Source: Heterodontus francisci (Eukaryota). From it: a DNA stretch of 64,000 bases. Below the pieces are notes generated by a model, which saw only the letters and a program-made list of their open reading frames with translations, was not told where the DNA came from and searched no databases. The translations under genes were made by a program, and so were the position numbers. The stretch is taken from NCBI RefSeq assembly GCF_036365525.1, contig NC_090372.1, forward strand, positions 67,233,132 to 67,297,131. Direction: 5' to 3'. This document shows, piece after piece, positions 60,887-64,000 of this stretch (position 1 is its first letter; every line of letters begins with the position of its first letter).

Positions 60887-62460
60887 AAATAAAAACAGAA
60901 AATGCTTGAAATACTCAGGAGGTGAGGCAGCATTTGTGGAGAGAGAAATAGAGTTAACATTTCAGGTTGGTGACCTTTCATCAGAATGGGGAAAAGTTAG
61001 AAAATAATAGGTTTTAAGCAAGTGAAGTGGGGGGGGGGAGGATAGAAAAAGAACAAAAAGGGAAGGTCAGTGATAGGGTGGAAGACAAGAGATTAAATGA
61101 CAAAAGAGTTGCCGGTGCAGGTCAAAAGGGCATGGTAATAGGACAAGTAAAGAAACAAAAGGTGTGACTCGAGATGTGACTGACAGACTGACAAACAGCT
61201 GCCGTCCAAGAGCAAAAATAATGGAAAAACGAGACTAAAATGGAAAACTGCAATGAAAGAGGAAAAATGGGGCAGAGATTTCAGTTTGAAATTGTTGAAC
61301 TCAATGTTGAGTCCAGAAGGCTGTAAAATGCCTAATTGAAAGATGAGATGCAGTTCCTCGAGCTTACAGTGAGCTTCAATAGGCTGAGGACAGAGGGGTC
61401 AGCATGAGAGCAAGGTGGAGATTTAAAATGGCAGGCGACACGAAGCTTAGGGTCATGCTTGCAGACTTGAACAGAGGTGTTCCACAAAGCAGTCACCCAA
61501 TCTGCGTTTGATTTCCCCAATGTAGAGCAGACCACATTGTGAGCAGTGAATATAGTATACTAAATTGAAAGCACGTGTAAATCACTATTTCACCTGGAAG
61601 GAGAGATTGGGGCCTTAGACGGTGAGGAGAGGCAGGTGTTGCATCTCCTGCGCTTGCATAGAGAGGTGCCATGGGAAGGGCACAGGGTACTGGGGGCAGT
61701 TGAAGAGTGGACAAGGGTGTCACAGAGGGAATGGTTCCCTTGGAATGCTGAAAGAGGAGGTAAAGGAATGTGTTTGGTGGCGGTGGAAATGGCAGAGGAT
61801 GATCCACTGAATACGGAGGCTGGTTGGGTGGAAGGTGAGGACAAGAGGAACCCTATCATGATTCTGGGAGAGGGGAGGGGCGGGGGGAAAGGGGTAAGAG
61901 CAGAAGTGCAGGAAATGGAACAGACACGTTCAGGGGCCCTGTTGACCACAGTGTTGGGGGGAATTCTTGACTGAGGAAAAAAGAGGATATATCAGAAGCA
62001 CTGGTATGGAAGCTTGAATCATCAGAACAAATGTGACGAAGACATAGAAAGTGGGAGAATGGAATGGAGTGTTTACAGGAAGCAGGGCGTGAGGAAGTGT
62101 CGTCGAGGTCGTTGTGGGAGTCACTGGACTTATAGTAAATATTTGTTGATAGCCTATCCGTAGAAATGGAGACAGAGAAGTCAAGGAAGGGAAGAGTCAG
62201 AGATGGACCATGCGAATGCGAGAGAAGGGTGGAAATTAGAAACAAAGTTGATGATATTTTCCAGTTCAAGTCAAGAGCAGAAAAGGGCACTGACACAGTA
62301 ATCAATGTACTGGAAAAAGAGGTGAGAGATGTGGCCTGAGTAGGCAGGCATAGCTAGGACCCATGTGGGTACCCATAGCAACATCTTTTATTTGGAGAAA
62401 GTGAGTGGAGTTAAAGGAGAATTTATTCAATGTGAGAACATGTTCAATGTGAGAACGAAA
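60887..62460 (-). mobile_element. Penelope-like retroelement, 3' half (RT end, GIY-YIG, terminal repeat)
   Basis: LPFLDFSVSISTDRLSTNIYYK...SIPFSHFLCLRHICSD; decayed GIY-YIG near 61500-61590. Confidence 0.85.
60951..60987 (-). ncRNA. Hammerhead ribozyme motif in the Penelope terminal repeat
   Basis: Minus strand ATT-CTGATGA-A-AGGT-CACCA-ACCT-GAAA-TGTT-AACTC. Confidence 0.6.
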
Positions 62461-64000
62461 TCAAGGATTGTATTAGAGCAAAGGAAGAGACATATAAAGT
62501 TGCCCAAAAAAATGGTAACCCTAAGGATTGGAAGCATTTCAGAACTTTGCAAAGGAGGACCAAGAAAAAAAGATTAAGAAAGGGAAAATAGAATATGGCA
62601 GTAAACTAACGAGAAACATAAAACGGACTGTAAAAGCTTCTGTCAGTATATTAAAAGGAAATGATTAGCAAAGACAAATATGGGTCCATTACAAGCAGAG
62701 TCAGGAGAATTTATAGTGGGGAATAAGGAAATAGCAGAGAAACTAAACAAATACTTTGTGTCTGTCTTCATGGAGAAAAATACTAAAACCTCCCAGAAAT
62801 AATGGAGAATCAAGGGACTAGAGTAAACAAGGAACTGCAAGATAATATTAGTAAAAAAACAAAGTACTAGAGAAAGTAATGGGGCTTAAAGTAGATAAAT
62901 CCCCTGGATCTGATGATCTACATCCCAGAGTGTTGAAAGAGGTGGCTGTAGAGATAGCAGATGCATTGGTGGTCATCTTTCAAAATTCTATAGACTCTGG
63001 AATGGTTCCTGCAGACTGAAAGGTAGCAAATGTAACACCACTATTTAAGGAGAGAGACAGAGAGAGAAAGAAAACAGGGAACTACAGACTGTTAGCTTAA
63101 CAGTCGTAGGGAAAATACTAGAATCTATACTCAAGGTTGTGATAACAGGACACTTAGAAAATAATGGTAGGATTTGGCAGAGTCAACATGGATTTATGAA
63201 AGGGAAATCATGTTTGACAAATGTATTGGAGTTTTTTTTGAGGATGTAACTTGCAGAATAGATAAGGGGAACTGGTGGAAATGGTATATTTAGATTTACA
63301 GAAAGCTTTTGATAAGGTCCCACACAAGAGATTAGTAAACAAAATTAGAGCACATGGGATTGGGAGGAATATATTGGCATGGATTGATAACTGGTTAGCG
63401 GTCAGAAAACAGAGAATAGGAATAAGTGGGTCATTTTCAGATTGGCAGGCTGTGACTAGTGGAGTACCACAAGGATCAGTGTTTGACCACAATCTATATC
63501 AATGACTTGGATGTGGGGATTAAATGTAATATTTCAAACTATCAGATGACACAAAACTAGGTGGAAAAGAGAGAGGTGTGAAGCTGATGCAAAGACACTT
63601 CAAGGGGATTTAGAGAAGCTAAGCGAGTGGACAAAAATTTGGCAGATGGAATACAATGTAGAGAAATGTGAGGTTATCCACTTTGGTAGGAAAAACAGAA
63701 ATACAGAGTATTTCTTAAATGGAGAGAGGCTGGGAAGTGTTGAATTTCAAAGGGACTTGGGTGTCTTTGTTCATGAGTCACTGAATGCTCACATGCAAGT
63801 ACAGCAAGCAGTTAAGGCAGCAAATGGTATGTTGGCCTTCATTACAAGAGGATTTGAGTATAAGAGTAAAGATGTCTTACTGCAATTATATAGAGCCTTG
63901 GTGAGACCACACCTGGGGTATTATGTGCAGTTTTGGTCTCCTTATCTAAGGAAAGATATACTCGCCATAGAGGGAGTACAACAAAGGTTCACCAAACTAA
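62461..64000 (+). mobile_element. CR1 LINE ORF2 fragment running off the window
   Basis: YLDLQKAFDKVPH, SGVPQGSV, DDTKL motifs; frameshifts. Confidence 0.92.

Noticed and set aside
1-64000. CRISPR arrays, rRNA, operons or prokaryotic systems
   Set aside because: No regularly spaced repeats or gene-dense tracts; the sequence is repeat-rich vertebrate DNA

Overview
Vertebrate genomic DNA, almost certainly a cartilaginous fish (shark), judged from HE1 (V-SINE), SacSINE1/Deu-SINE, shark-type CR1 and Penelope repeats. It is intergenic or deep intronic: no host protein-coding gene could be identified, only one weak candidate exon at 58554-58693 (-). Most of the window is layered transposon debris: CR1, L2, Tx1 and Penelope retroelements, solo LTRs, a hAT derivative, three decayed PIF/Harbinger elements (Myb/SANT + HARBI1-like transposase) and about a dozen Harbinger-type MITEs. 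Nearly all ORFs in the track are transposon fragments or spurious. The most unusual observations: (1) a 278-bp near-perfect inverted copy of a Harbinger transposase segment embedded in a solo LTR inside the same element, a potential self-silencing hairpin; (2) ~140-bp Penelope-derived elements headed by a minimal hammerhead ribozyme with their own TSDs, two of them hit by different MITEs at the cleavage triplet; (3) an ORF1-less CR1-group LINE with a tRNA-like 5' head and a SINE made of its two ends; (4) a 259-bp direct duplication bracketing a much older LINE fragment. All alignments were done by eye and boundaries are approximate unless a TSD is quoted.
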